From Chiloscyllium plagiosum (Eukaryota), in contig NC_057719.1 in assembly GCF_004010195.1 (NCBI RefSeq), positions 66,274,066-66,338,065 on the forward strand: a stretch of 64,000 bases of DNA, read 5' to 3'. Each line of letters starts with the position of its first letter. Positions within the stretch are counted from its first letter, which is position 1. Positions 26,238-39,151 of the stretch are shown here, piece by piece. The position numbers were made by a program, and so were the translations under genes. Under the pieces are notes generated by a model, which saw nothing but the letters and a program-made list of their open reading frames with translations, had not been told where the DNA came from and did no database searches.

Positions 26238-27759
26238 TGTTGAAAAATCTTCGCTCCTGTGTTTTTCACCTGTAAATGTCATTGTTCTGATACCTGACTG
26301 ATTTCCCAATGTCCACCCTCCATAAACTTCAACACGCTACTGCTCACAAGAATCTCACCCAACCATTCCCTGATTTATATTAGTTAACAGGTAACTGATG
26401 GCTCCAATGTAAGATTTATCCTTGTTGACTCCAACATTCCCTTTTTGGCTACATGGCCATACATGACAACTGGCTCAATGTAGTTTTCAGCATTGACTTC
26501 CAATTCTGAAGCTGCAGCTGCACATGAACCTTGGAAGTCTACACAGATAAAAGCAACATTAATGGGAATGCTAATTGACTCATCTCGCTATATCAGTGTC
26601 ACCTCCTGAAATCCGAACCTGCCAAATATTTTGTTCCCTGTTCTCTTTATCTACTCCTTACTCCTCCTTCTTGGTCCTATCACTGATTGTTGTGCTGTCA
26701 ACTGTCTGGATCTTTCATGTTAAGTCCCTTCCACATCCTTCATCTCTTACAAAATCACCCCTGAAACCAACTCTTTTAATAAGCGTTCAGTCAATATTGT
26801 CCTTTAGCTTTGGGAGCACTCCCTATTAGTTGCACGTGTGAAATGCCTCAGAATATTTTTCTTCCACTCAAAAGAACTAGACAAATGGGATTTGTTCTTG
26901 ACTATAGTCACTAATCTTTCTTGTTAGAATTACCTCAGTAGAAAGATCAGTGCAGTCAGCAAAAAGGAAGCTGTTGCAACCACTGTATTCAGTGCCTTAA
27001 AAATGTTATTAGCTGACAAAGCTAAATTGTTCTTATATTTTTATGACAAATATTGTGTAGTGAATATTGTGAAACTATTCAGCACTAGAACAAAATATTT
27101 TGGGAAAATGATTTTCTAATTACTGAAAAACAAAGCTTACTAATGATTACTAAAGAGGTAAAGGTAAAGATTTTAAAAATCTAATAGTCACCATGTGTAT
27201 AGAACTCTAGTATTGTTGAAAAAGAAAGCATATTGTTGAAGCTTGTCATCTTCCACTCATCAAGACAAATGCAAAAATTCCAAATTTCAAAGGAAAAATT
27301 TATATTGAGAGAAACTAGGACATTGATTGGTTGGTAAATCAACTTTGATTGGACAAGATGTTGCAAATGGAAAATGCATCAAGGAACAATACTGTCCATG
27401 CTTTTGTTCAACTCTCAAATGCATGGCATGCCAGAAGTTCCTGAACGTGAATATACACGGTTTCTCGCAAACATTAATGAAGTGCACTGTGAGCCCTTCT
27501 GATAATCTTAAATTGATGTTAATGTCTTTCTTAGCGGATGCAGGTTTGTTGAGAAATCATTGTTAGACATTATATTCTGAGCAGATTCAACTTCCAAGCA
27601 ATCAGCATCTGGTCCACATAACTGTACAAATTGTTCCTCATTTTGAAACTTGTCATCATAGTGCACAGTAGTTTCATATTACCAATCCAGCAGTAATACT
27701 GCTCAGTTCCAAACTAAAGGTACAAAGAGATTGAGTGCTATTCAAATGGCAACCGTGTT

Positions 27760-28070
27760 TAGATTAGATTACTTACAGTGTGGAAACAGGCCCTTCGGCC
27801 CAACAAGTCCACACCGACCCGCCGAAGCGCACCCCACCCATACCCCTACATTTACCCCTTACCTAACTCTACGGGCAATTTAGCATGGCCAATTCACCTG
27901 ACCTGCACATCTTTGGACTGTGGGAGGAAACCGGAGCACCCGGAGGAAACCCACGCAGACATGGGGAGAACGTGCAAACTCCACACAGTCAATCGCCTGA
28001 GGCGGGAATTGAACCCGGGTCTCAGGCGCTGTGAGGCATCAGTGCTAACCACTGTGCCACCGTGCCGCCC
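27760..28070 (-). mobile_element. Young HE1-type V-SINE with TSD
   Basis: Full length, CpGs retained; (CC)GTGTT duplicated at 27753-27759 and 28069-28075. Confidence 0.95.
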
Positions 28071-29488
28071 GTGTTCTTTTACCTACTGACTGTAAAACTA
28101 ACAAAAGCCCAGCACTGCCACTTTTAGGGAGGTCTTCCGTACCAAGATTCACTTCATGATCAAATGGTCACTGCCAAAAGAAGCAACAGAAAATGAACAA
28201 AGTAATTTCATGCAGGGAATAGTTAGGATCTGCAATGCCTGTCCACATGCCTGGTGGAAGCAGAATCAATCAAATGTTTAGAAAGATTATTGGATAATTA
28301 AGAGTAATTCCAAGGGAAGAGATGGAGAGTGAGCCTAGCTGAGATGCCCTTAAGGAAGCTGACACAGACATAATGAGCTGAATGGCCTCCTGTGCTGTAA
28401 CCACTGTGCGGGAAGTCCCAAGCCAATAAAGTACTGAAGTATAGTCAGTGTTGTAATGTGAGAAAAAAAAATCAGCCAATAACAATATACCATTCATAGC
28501 TATGCAACAAATGATCAGAACCAATACTGGGAAGGAGAGAAGGGAAAATTGATGGACAAAGTATGCTAATACAGGTACTACTGCTAGCATTAGAAGTTCA
28601 AATGGTATCCAAGGTATTTGCAAACATTTCTGCTGAGAGCTGGACTTGATGACATTGTGGTGAGGGTGTTATTTCATACGCTGTGCATTTGACAAAAGTA
28701 TGCAAAGTAGGCAGATCATGAAGGCATCAACATGCAACACTGATTTAATGCCAGTATCGGCATTTTAGGGTCAAAACTCAAGCTCTAAGTTACATCCAGT
28801 TGAACACCATTTTAGCTGAAGGAAGGACCCCCATACAAATATGATTTAAAAGGACCATCAATTACTTTTGTTGTGATTGTGATAAAAATGGACTATCAAT
28901 TATCAACCTTCACCATCTGATGTTAATACCTGGAACTGTTCATACCATAAAACAGTTTTAAAAATGGAAAAAAAAATACAATGGGCACAACAGACTTGAA
29001 ACTTTAACTCTGTTTCCCTCTCCACAGATTATACCAGACCTGTTGAGTATTTTCAACAATTTCTGTTTTTGGATCATCTGACCAGGTTAAGCTAAGCTCA
29101 TGAAACCATCAATATACAAGTCCCAGTTTCAACTGAAATTAACATACCATCAAAATAACTAAAAGCAGGCACTCAGGTCTGTATCTAATGCTTGCTTCAC
29201 AGCTTATCCCAGAAAGATATCACTTGCAGATTATCGAGCTTAAAACCAATGACAACAAACACAGGAAAATACAAATTAACTGTACATCAGGCAATGGCTT
29301 TTGGGCAGAGACAAGAAATAGAATTGTTACAGTAGAACTTTCATTTTCTCTCTCTCTCTCCTTTGCTTCTTGACTCCTTGCATTCATTGATCAAGAACTC
29401 AAGAATATCTACGAATTTTACAACTGCTGAGGATTCAGGAAATCAAATAAATACATATGGTCTCAGTTTAAAACTTCTACAAAAACCA

Positions 29489-29885
29489 GGTGGCATGGTG
29501 GCTCAGTGGTTAGCACTGCTGCCTCACAGCACCAGGGACTCAAATTTGATTTCAACCTTGGGGGACTGTTTGTGTGGAGTTTTCATATTGCTGGTTTTAC
29601 AGTCAGTAGGTAAAAGAACATGGTTGCCATTTGAATAGCACTCAATCTCTTTGTACCTTTGTCTGTGTTGGTTTGCTCTGGTTTCCTCCCAAAGATGTGC
29701 AGGTTAGATGAATTAGCCATGCTAAATTGCCGACAGTGTTCAGGCTTGTGTAGGCTAGGTGCATTAGTCAGGGGTGAGCGTAGAGTAATAGGGGAATGGA
29801 TCTGGGTGGCATACTATTTAGAGGGTCTGTGTGGGCTTGCTGGGCCGAAGGGCCTGTTACCACACTGTAGGGATTCTAACTCAAA
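29489..29885 (+). mobile_element. Older HE1-type V-SINE carrying a 73-bp foreign insert (29588-29660)
   Basis: SINE head and tail flank a segment that is the reverse complement of 27716-27759 + 28076-28104. Confidence 0.88.
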
Positions 29886-30107
29886 CTGACTATTCTTGAT
29901 TTTCGTTTTTGTTCTCGACACTCTCCTTTATAAACACTACAAACGTACTGAAATGAAGATGCCTGATACATTATTCATTGCTTAGGATCAGGTCTGAGAA
30001 TGATTTCTGTCAATTGAGAAGTTTGTGCATTTTAGATCTCTTATTATTTAATTCTCTTCAGGTGCAGTAAGTATCAGAATTCCTCCTTCTTTCACTTGAG
30101 GGAATCT

Positions 30108-30173
30108 TAATTGTGGTGAATATTATGTTTAATCGTGGTGAATATTATGCATAATCATGGTTAATATCATGCT
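30108..30173. repeat. 22-bp tandem repeat x3
   Basis: taattgtggtgaatattatgtt / taatcgtggtgaatattatgca / taatcatggttaatatcatgct. Confidence 0.9.
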
Positions 30174-31190
30174 CAGATTGAAGTGCATCATAGCTTTGGG
30201 ATAAAAATGAATTGGAAATCTTGCATACATCCTGGGGAGGGAATAAGAAAAAGATGGGAGTCGATTCACTCCTCCTCTCGGGGTTGTAACACTTTCAAAC
30301 TAGTTGCTGGTTAATTTTTTCTACCAGTTGCAAAATTCTCCCAGTACTTGGTTATTCAAAAGTTAACATTGCTACAAGGCTACAAGGCAGATGCTGAAGA
30401 ATGTGATCCTGACTGCATGGCTTCTGCAGAAACCAGTTGCTTGCAGCCTTGGGGGCAGTAATAAGCTTCCCAAGGAGAACAAGCAGAGACAACACAGAGC
30501 ACAGCAAGTTGCTGGAGGAGAAAGGAGGAGGAGCATAAGAATTGTTCTCATCTAGTAATTCTTCTATCTGAACCTCTGCCACCTCAGGAAAGCTTGAGGA
30601 AATGCACAGTCAGCAGCCTCATGAACTCTCCTATGTCATCCTTCCAGGCTAATGTTGAAAATATTTGCAACATCTCAGTTTGCTATTCCCTGTTGCTAAA
30701 GAGAGGTTGCTGCCATTTTCCATTCAAAGACAACACGTTGGCTTTCATCCTCGCTTTCTAGAATACAGCAAGTGGACCTAACAACGACACAAATTGCTGG
30801 CTTCCCCAAAGTCCACAGTGACATTCACTATAATGCATGGCACTTTGTGAAGGCTGCATCTCAATTCTAATGCACTACTCCTTTATATGCAGCAAATCCA
30901 CAAATCATTGACCAGAAACCTAGCAGTCACAATGCCTCCATTCTGTGGTGCCATTTATATTTGATCCGTGAAGAAAAACAAATGGTACTTACTTCTCAAC
31001 AATCCCACAGCTTGGCTTCCACTTTCATTATCAACATCGTCTCTTGCAAGAACACAAAAAAATGCCAGCACAAACTGAAGATTGCAAACTTAATTTATAA
31101 ATCAACAGTGAGGAGGAATGAAATGTTCTACCAAGTTCAACACTGACCCTTCCTCATATCCTGTATCCTGCAAAGGACTGCATTCCATTA

Positions 31191-31779
31191 CAGAGGAAAC
31201 TCAATTATCCGAATACAAATTATCCGAAAATCGGATTATCTGAAGGAGATTGCCAGGTCCTGATGGAAACATTACATCAAAGGCGTGTTTCTAACAGTGA
31301 TCGTGTCTTTTGTTTGCAGTGATTAAACAGGCACCGTCTCCAAATGACTGACTGCCCATCCTCTCTCTCCCCGCACTTTCCCTGGAGTTCTACACAGGGC
31401 TGTACCTTAAACCCACCATTTCCCCAGATAATCTGACCAACATTGTCCTGAACAGGGCAACGGTAGGGGGGAAAAGTAGGTTAAAATCTTCGAGGGGAAA
31501 ATCTTCGAGGGCAACGGTAGAACCTGTCAAAAAGTTGCAGTAAAACGTTGTGTATGTGACTGTAGCTGCGCATGTGTGTGTGCTATTTGGAGACTTACCC
31601 CACAAAAGCAGCAGCAGCAATCTTGATGTTGGTGTACAATCTAGCTGCCCGAGGAGGGGGTGGGAGGGTAGGGGGTTACAGGGTCTCAGAGGAAAGACAT
31701 TTAATCGATTAACTGAATAATCGATTATCCGAGCGAAATAATGCCCGCCCATCACGTTCGGATAATCGAGGTTCCACTC
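31191..31779. mobile_element. Non-autonomous Tc1/mariner (pogo/Tigger-like) MITE
   Basis: 23-bp imperfect TIRs cagaggaaactcaattatccgaa / ttcggataatcgaggttccactc; TA on both sides (31189-31190, 31780-31781); subterminal attatccg repeats. Confidence 0.85.
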
Positions 31780-32184
31780 TATTCCAGTTTCCCCATCTCA
31801 GTTGCAGGCACTTGCATAATGCTATCTTCAGCAACAGTGCTTCAGACAAATCTTCCTTTGTCCTCTACCAAGGATTCCCCTCATTGTCATGGACAAGATG
31901 CCTGATAATGACCCACCTATTTCACATACTCCTGTACTCCTTACTTCCCCTCCCTCCCAAAATTGTGACAGGGTTTCTAGTCCTCACTCTCCACCCGACC
32001 AGTCTCTGTATGCAGAGGATCATCCTCCATCATTTCCACCAGACCTAGCACAATGCCACCAAACAAATCATGACTTATCTGCTCCTGTTAGCATTCTGAA
32101 GGGACTATTCCCACTGGGATACTTTGGTCCACTCCTCCATCTAAATCCCTATGATGGCCTTCTCTCCTGTAATTGCAGGAGATG

Positions 32185-32957
32185 TCTCAATGTTAGTAAA
32201 ACTAAAGAACTGATCAGTGACTTCAGAAAGAAAGGAGAACATGCCTCCATCTACATCAACGAAGCAGAGGTTGAAAAGGCGGGGAGCGTCATGTTCCTCA
32301 GAGTGACGATAACCAACAATCCGTCCTGGATGTTCCACATAGATGTGACGGTCAAGAAAACACAACAATGCCATGTTTTCCTCAGGCACTTCAGGAAATT
32401 TGCCATGTTCTTTAGGACCCTGACCAACTTCTACAGATGCACTATTGAAAGCATACTGTCCAGGCGCATAGCAGCCTGGTACAGCAACTGCTCTGTTCAG
32501 GACCTAAGAAACTGCAGAACGTGGTGTGCACAGCCCAGCCAATCACAAAGGCCAACCTCCCATCCGTGTACTCCATTTATGTATCTCATTGCCATGGAAA
32601 GGCTGCCAGCATCATCAAAGACCCATCCACCCCAGCAATGCTCTCCTACAACCTCTTCCAACAGGCAGAAGATACAGAAGCTTGAACACACGCACCAGAA
32701 GGTACAAGTACAGCTTCTTCGCTTCGCATCAGACTGATGAATGAACTCTCTAACTTCAAATAATACTCATCTTGTCAATATAGTTCTTGTGTAGCGCATG
32801 CCCTGTGCAGTGTAACCTGCATGCCTTACTCTGTCCAAGTTTTTATTCACCCTAAGATATGTATGCCCTTGCTTACTATGATCTACCTGTACTGCTCGCA
32901 AACAAAGTTTTCACTGTACTTAGGTACATATGACAACAAATAAATCAAATCAAATCA
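32185..32957 (+). mobile_element. Rex1/Babar-clade LINE 3' fragment
   Basis: LNVSKTKELISDFRK…VKKTQQCHVFLR…LTNFYRCTIESIL…WY; (AAATC)n tail. Confidence 0.85.
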
Positions 32958-34726
32958 GTTAAACCAGATGTAACAGCTGCCTCCAAAATCTAATGCTAAT
33001 TGAAGGAACAGCATCTCATTTTCCATTTAAGCATGAGTTCAACAACTTCAGACTGTGAACTCTGACCTCCATTTTGTTTCCCTCACCTGGCCACCCAACA
33101 AAGTGCCTGGCTTTCTTGGCTTTACTTTCAGCTTTTACTACAATGAATTTTGCCTTTTGTCTGTGACACTCTAATTTTCTAATTTCTCACATTTCCTAAC
33201 TTTCTATTCTGTGCTACTTATTCCTGCTCATCTATTCGAACATTGTAAAGCTCACCATTCCACTTCTCTCTTCAGTTGCAAAATAAGAGTGACAGGACTC
33301 GAAGTGTTAACTCTGCTTCTCTACCGATAATACCAGCTGTGCTGAGATTCCCCAGCTCTTTCTGTTGTTATTTCCGGAAGGCAAATGCTGTGTACCGAAG
33401 AGAACTCGACAGTTCATGTTCCACTGAGCTACTGTTGTTCCACCCCCCAGCTTCGTGTCATAGCAAATCTAGTGATCTACTGAAGAACAGATTGGTGAAC
33501 TGCTGGGATACCCTGAGAACCCCTTTTGAAACTAATACCCACGGTCACGATGACAGATGAATAAGCTTTCATGACAGCAAGCTGAGGTTTCCGAATTACA
33601 GTACGAACTTCCACTGAGGCACTGTACATCCATAGAAGTTGCTATACTTAGAATGATAATCATGAAAGGTTCTGAAATGAAAATCATCATTGTGATTTGG
33701 CAACCAATGTCCCTTCAGTAAGGAACAGTAACTTCTCAAAACAAAATCTCAAAAGAAATAAACTGTCAAATCTTCCTCTAAAGAAATGCAACACTGACCA
33801 ATTGTTGTTAATAAAGCAGGGTAACTCATGGAGACGCATTAGTAAGATATTAGATATCAAATATTATGTCTATGTTATCTTAGCTTTGATAAGTAGTTCA
33901 TTTAGAAAATTGGATTTAAGTTCAAAGCATCATTTAAAACATCCAATTTTATTCCCAGGCCATCTCTAAATTAAAAATAAATCAAAGAAATTTTCAGAAT
34001 AAAAAGACAACTTAGCATTAACAGAAAACTGTAGGAAAACAAAATGAAGATGTAGTTCTCAAAATATAAGCAATAAATTTTGAGGAATAATAAAAAAAAT
34101 GTACACCAGGGATTCAAAACAATGAGTGAGGACTGGTAGAAAAGTCTGATTTTCAAGGAAAAACACACTGTTTGTAATATTTTGCTAACTGACATACTGA
34201 TTGTAACAGATTACAACTACATCTCATCCAAAATGGCTACAATTATGTTGAATAGTTTGATCACTCAATGTCAAAGAAGCCCACAACTCTCAATGGTCTG
34301 CCTCATTGAAAGTATCCAACATCTATTCATGAACATATCAAAGCCTAATGTGCTGGGAATAGCCCCAATATTTAACTCACATTAATGAGCAAGTATCAGG
34401 TGAATCTCTTGAAAAATTATTGACCCTTGACTAATCAACATCAGGATCAGAGTGTGGTGAGTGGAGTACTATCTAACCCAGAATAGTCTAGGACAAGTTA
34501 AAAGGAGAAACGCATAACTCAGCATCTTACTCCCTAAAGCCTGCCCACCATCTAAAAGATACAAATTAGGTGTGTGATGGAGTACACCAATTTAAAGAAT
34601 GTTTCTGGAGCTGCACTCAGTCAGGATGCTTGACATTATTATGGATAAAGCAGTCCATCATATTGGCATCATATTCACAAACAGTCATGCTCTCTACCAT
34701 CGTCACTCAGTAGCAGCAATGCCTAC

Positions 34727-35145
34727 TGTTAGGCCTGCCCAGGACTGATGTGGTGTAAAATTCCAAGCAGTGGAATGTGGTGAAACGGTTAAAAATTATG
34801 TCCCAATACATGTGTGAATCATAATGTAACACATGTATTGGGCCAAGCAGTGGAATATGGTGNNNNNNNNNNNNNNNNNNNNNNNNNNNNNNNNNNNNNN
34901 NNNNNNNNNNNNNNNNNNNNNNNNNNNNNNNNNNNNNNNNNNNNNNNNNNNNNNNNNNNNNNNNNNNNNNNNNNNNNNNNNACATGTAGGGTGAGTATAA
35001 GCCAGACCCGTTGTAAGTATGAGACCTGGTTGTGGCGGCGCTGCGGGGAATAAAATGCTCATATTCTAGCAGACTCGCCTCTTGGTCGTTTGTTCTGTGT
35101 CAGACTACTCTCCTACGAACCTGACCTTGAGAATTTTTTAAAACA
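34727..35145 (+). mobile_element. Possible solo LTR (contains N gap)
   Basis: TGTT…AACA termini, TATAA ~34996, AATAAA ~35049; no clear TSD. Confidence 0.4.
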
Positions 35146-35354
35146 ACTGAGCAGCACAAAATGGCCGACAGCTGCCCATGGCTAATGCAGCAGAACATGG
35201 CTGACATTAGTTAGAGAGCTTGGGAAAATATTTGCTTAATGTAGTCTTCACAAGTAGAACAATAGTAGTTCTGTAGACCCAAAGTAACAGAACTGAAATA
35301 GAATATGCAATTGCAGTAGTTTACGCATAAGATATAGATAAGAACATTTCACAC

Positions 35355-36019
35355 ACACAGACTCCTACAGATCCATATACTCATGCAGACCCTCTCTCAT
35401 ACACAAGCTCTCTCTCACACATACACACCCACACTCACACTCACCCTCTCACAGACTTATACCCCTTTACACTCACACATTTACCACACACACTCTCTCA
35501 CACTCATACGCCCCTGTACACACACACCCATATGCACACACACACACACACACATATAAGTTTGTGGGGTGAATTTGTACTTGCAGAATTGTATTTTAGT
35601 TTGCTCAAAAACTGCATGAATCCATGTAAGATTCTGTAAATCCCTTTTTTAGAAATAGAATCAGTCTGAACATTGGGGCACAGACAGCAGTCACACAGGA
35701 CAACTCACACCTACAGTGTACTGTCTAGGTCAACATGGCACCTATTGTTAAAGTTCACTTGACAATGTAACTTTAAGGAAGTCCTGGAATTTACAAATGA
35801 AAGAACTGAAACCAACACGCCCATTCTAAAAGATGAGAGACTTAAACAATCCGGGTCTTTTTCAATATTTAATTTCAGTTACATCACACTAAACTTTTGC
35901 TATAAATTCTGTGTCCTACAATCTTATACTCCACAACCACCTGATAAAAGAGCAGTGCTCCGAGAGCTAATGCTTCCAAATAAAACTGTTACACTATAAC
36001 GTGGTGCTGTGTGATTTTT
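35355..36019 (+). mobile_element. Penelope-like 3' non-coding region (second family) with CA-rich tract and degenerate hammerhead motif
   Basis: 12-bp TSD AACATTTCACAC (35343-35354, 36020-36031); ctgataaaagagcagtgctccgagagct at ~35941. Confidence 0.7.
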
Positions 36020-37399
36020 AACATTTCACACTACATTTAATTAGCAAATCTCTCCTGAATTATTTAATCAATCTGTTATAATACTAATAGTCGGTTTTAG
36101 TCGCGATCCTTCAAATAATCATAGTTGTAGATTCCAAGTAGCTATAGATCCAGCTGTACAAAAAAGTCACTGAAAGAATGAAAGGGAAAGATTCAAATAA
36201 AATTATGAAAGCAAACCAGTCTCAGACAGTTAGAGCAGTTCCTGTGTCATTATAGGAAGAAAAAAATACTAGGTACAGAAACTAGCATTGGAATGTGGGC
36301 TGAAAGAACACATTGCAAGGATAAAGATAGGGGTATCTAGTAAACACAGTAAGAAAGAAACTGCTCACAATTTGTTAGCTAAAGAATTCTAACATTCAGT
36401 GTAACCACATAACTTTGTTGGAACTGATATAACAATTAGTAAAAATCAATATTCTTTTGTATTTCCTGCCATGAGGTTAATAAGGAATTGAAAAGATCCT
36501 TCCAATTACTGTAATTCGCAGCCAATGTGGTGCAGCTGGCAAATGCTTGGGAAGCAATGCACTTGAATACAGTGTACATTGTGAAAAGCCCCTAAAAGGG
36601 AAATAAAAGAGTTTGGAAAACATCATGAAACTATGAAGGACTGGGGATTGACCACAAACCTGACCATCCCTAGCTGTTCAGAGATATGATTAGCTTCAAT
36701 GGAAATGTATGTAATTAATTAATAGTATGATTGGTTTATAAATATTAAAGGCGGTGACTGGGGATACATTGAAATTGCTGTGTGCGACAGTACTTCCTTC
36801 GGGTTAAGGATGGAAAGTTACTATCAACAGTTAAACTGTGTACAAACAAAACAGTCCAATCAGGACACAGCAGCAAGTAAAGTGCTGAGGTAAACTGCTG
36901 TTATAAAATGCTGCACCAAACATCCAGTCACAGTTGGATAACTCAGCTCTGCTGACCAATAGTACATATGGAGGGGGGGTGCACTACGAGTTTGAGCTGC
37001 ATAAAATAAGCTACTTAGAAACTTTCTGTGTGCCTTTTTTTGCTATAAAGATCTGAAGCTGTAACTGACATGTGTATTGCAATAAAGGTTACCTGAACCT
37101 ACAACCTGACTCAGACTCTCATTGAAAACTATGGGATCTCTAATCTACCATCTAGAAAGTGCACTGAAAAATTCACCAAGGTTTGGTTAGCACTTTCCAA
37201 ACCTATGCCACGACCATCTAGAAGGATAAAAGCATCAGTTAAACAAGAATACCGTCACCTGCAATATCCCATTCAAAACACTCACTTGGAAATCTATCTT
37301 CGTTCTTTCAGTATCATTGGGTCAAATTTCTCGAACTCTCTCTGTCATGGCATTGTTAGCCTAGCTACACCAAATGGACAATGTTTTAAGGCAGCAGAT

Positions 37400-38345
37400 C
37401 ACCACCACCATCCTCAAACAAAAGCCCCTACTTTCAAAACAAAGCACTATAGTTTTCCAGTCACCCAGAAAAGGAAGCAATCTTTCCACATCCTTTTTGC
37501 AAGACCACTCAGGATCTTCTACAATTCCCTTAAATCTTCCCTCATTCTGCTAAACTTGAGTGGAATCAAGTCCAGCCTATCCAACCTATCCTAAGACAAA
37601 CTGCTCATTCTAGGTACCAATCTTGTCTGAAGCAGCTCCAATGCATTTATCTTCTACCTTAGATAAGGAGACCAAAACTGTACACAGAATGAGAAATGTG
37701 GTTTCACTAATGCCTTGTATATCTGAACCGAATATCTTTATTTTATTTTCTATTTCTCCATTAATAAAAGAATAACATCCCATCAGCCTTCTTGCCTTAT
37801 AGTTTACTAACATTTTCGGACTTACGCATGGTGGCTCAGTGGTTAGCACTGCTGCCTCACAGCACCAGAATCCCAGGTTCGATTCCAGCCTCAGGCAACT
37901 GTGTGGAGTTTGCACATTCTCCCCTTGTCTGCGTGGGTTTCCTCCGGGTGCTCCGGTTTCCTCCCACAGTCCAAAAATGTGTGGGTCAGGTGAATTGGCC
38001 GTGCTTAAATTGCCCATAGTGTTAGGTGCATTAGGCAGAGTGAAATAAGTCTGGGTGGGTTACTCTTCGGAAGGTTGGTGTGGACTGGTTGGGCTGAAGG
38101 GCCTGTTTCCACATTGTAGGGAATCTAATCTAACACCTACATCACCCTGCACCTTGCAATTCTGCAAGTCATGCTCCATATAAGTAACGCTCTGCTTTCT
38201 CATACTTCCTGCCAAAGTGAACAACTTCATTTCTTCTCATTTTATGTTCCACCTGCCCATTTTCCTTCCATTCTACAACTTAACCTGCATCCCTCTGCAA
38301 GCTCCACATAGCTTCTTCACAACATATAGTTTCCTATCCATCTTT
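37400..38345 (-). mobile_element. Old CR1 3' fragment interrupted by an HE1 SINE
   Basis: Resembles 16590-17160 (ataaggagaccaaaactgtac…). Confidence 0.55.
37826..38132 (+). mobile_element. HE1-type V-SINE
   Basis: A/B boxes, V-core and (TAATC) tail. Confidence 0.9.
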
Positions 38346-38902
38346 GGTAAGCTAATGTAAAGCTGCACAGATTCATGGTACCAAGTAAAGATGCAGTGAC
38401 CATTCCCTGGTCACTTCAATCTGGTAGCCATTTCAACAACAACATTTTGTATTTATATTGCACTTCATGGGATTTGCATACCTAGCCACACAAGGAGATA
38501 CTGGTCATTGTTATAGGTTTTAAGGAGTGCCTTAAAGCAGGGAGGAAAGGTGGAGAACAGTAGGGAGAGCATTTCAGATCTCAAACTCTTGGCAGCTGTC
38601 ACCACCAATAATGGAGTGATAAAATATCAAACAGTTCTAAGCCTGGAAGACAGAGAGATAGGGAAGTGCAAGACCATGGATTTGAGAGCAAGGGCGAGCA
38701 TTTTAAGATTGCAGTATTGTTACTTTGGGAGCCAATGGCCATTGACATAGTGAGGACCTGAAAATGGGACTTGCACTATTGCGTGGCATGCGCAATTTTG
38801 GAAGAGTTTTGTTTTAGGAAGGGTACAGAGAGGGTTGAGAGATTGGCCAGGAGTGAATTGAAATAAGTAGGTTTGAAAAGGCTTCAGCAGTAGATGAGCT
38901 AA

Positions 38903-39151
38903 TTTCTGGATTAGTGGTGTTGAAAGAGCACAGCAGTTCAGGCAGCATCCAGGAGCTTCGAAATCGACGTTTCGGGCAAAAGCCCTTCTGTAGAGAGAGG
39001 AGGGAAACTTCTTCAAGGCAGGCATCCTTGCAAAAGGATTCGCAGTAGGGTTAAAATCAACGAGGTAAAAACAATGACTGCAGATGCTGGAAACCAGATT
39101 CTGGATTAGTGGTGCTGGAAGAGCACAGCAGTTCAGGCAGCATCCAGGAGC
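38903..39151 (-). mobile_element. Penelope-like tandem terminal-repeat junction fragment
   Basis: Direct repeat ttctggattagtggtg…gcagcatccaggagc at ~38903-38955 and ~39099-39151 around a spacer that includes a partial hammerhead motif. Confidence 0.75.

Larger units (their letters stand above)
30620..33375 (+). mobile_element. Highly degenerate Penelope-like element hosting a MITE and a Rex1 insertion
   Basis: S-PVSCKDCIP|YSSF (thumb-region motif) is split by the MITE; EQHLIF-like sequence and terminal repeat at 33000-33375. Confidence 0.5.

Noticed and set aside
31889..32737. 282-aa ORF as a novel chimeric protein
   Set aside because: Chance read-through from decayed Penelope sequence into a frameshifted Rex1 fragment.
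36680..37130. Solo LTR
   Set aside because: AATAAA and LTR-like composition are present, but I could not define TG…CA termini or a TSD.
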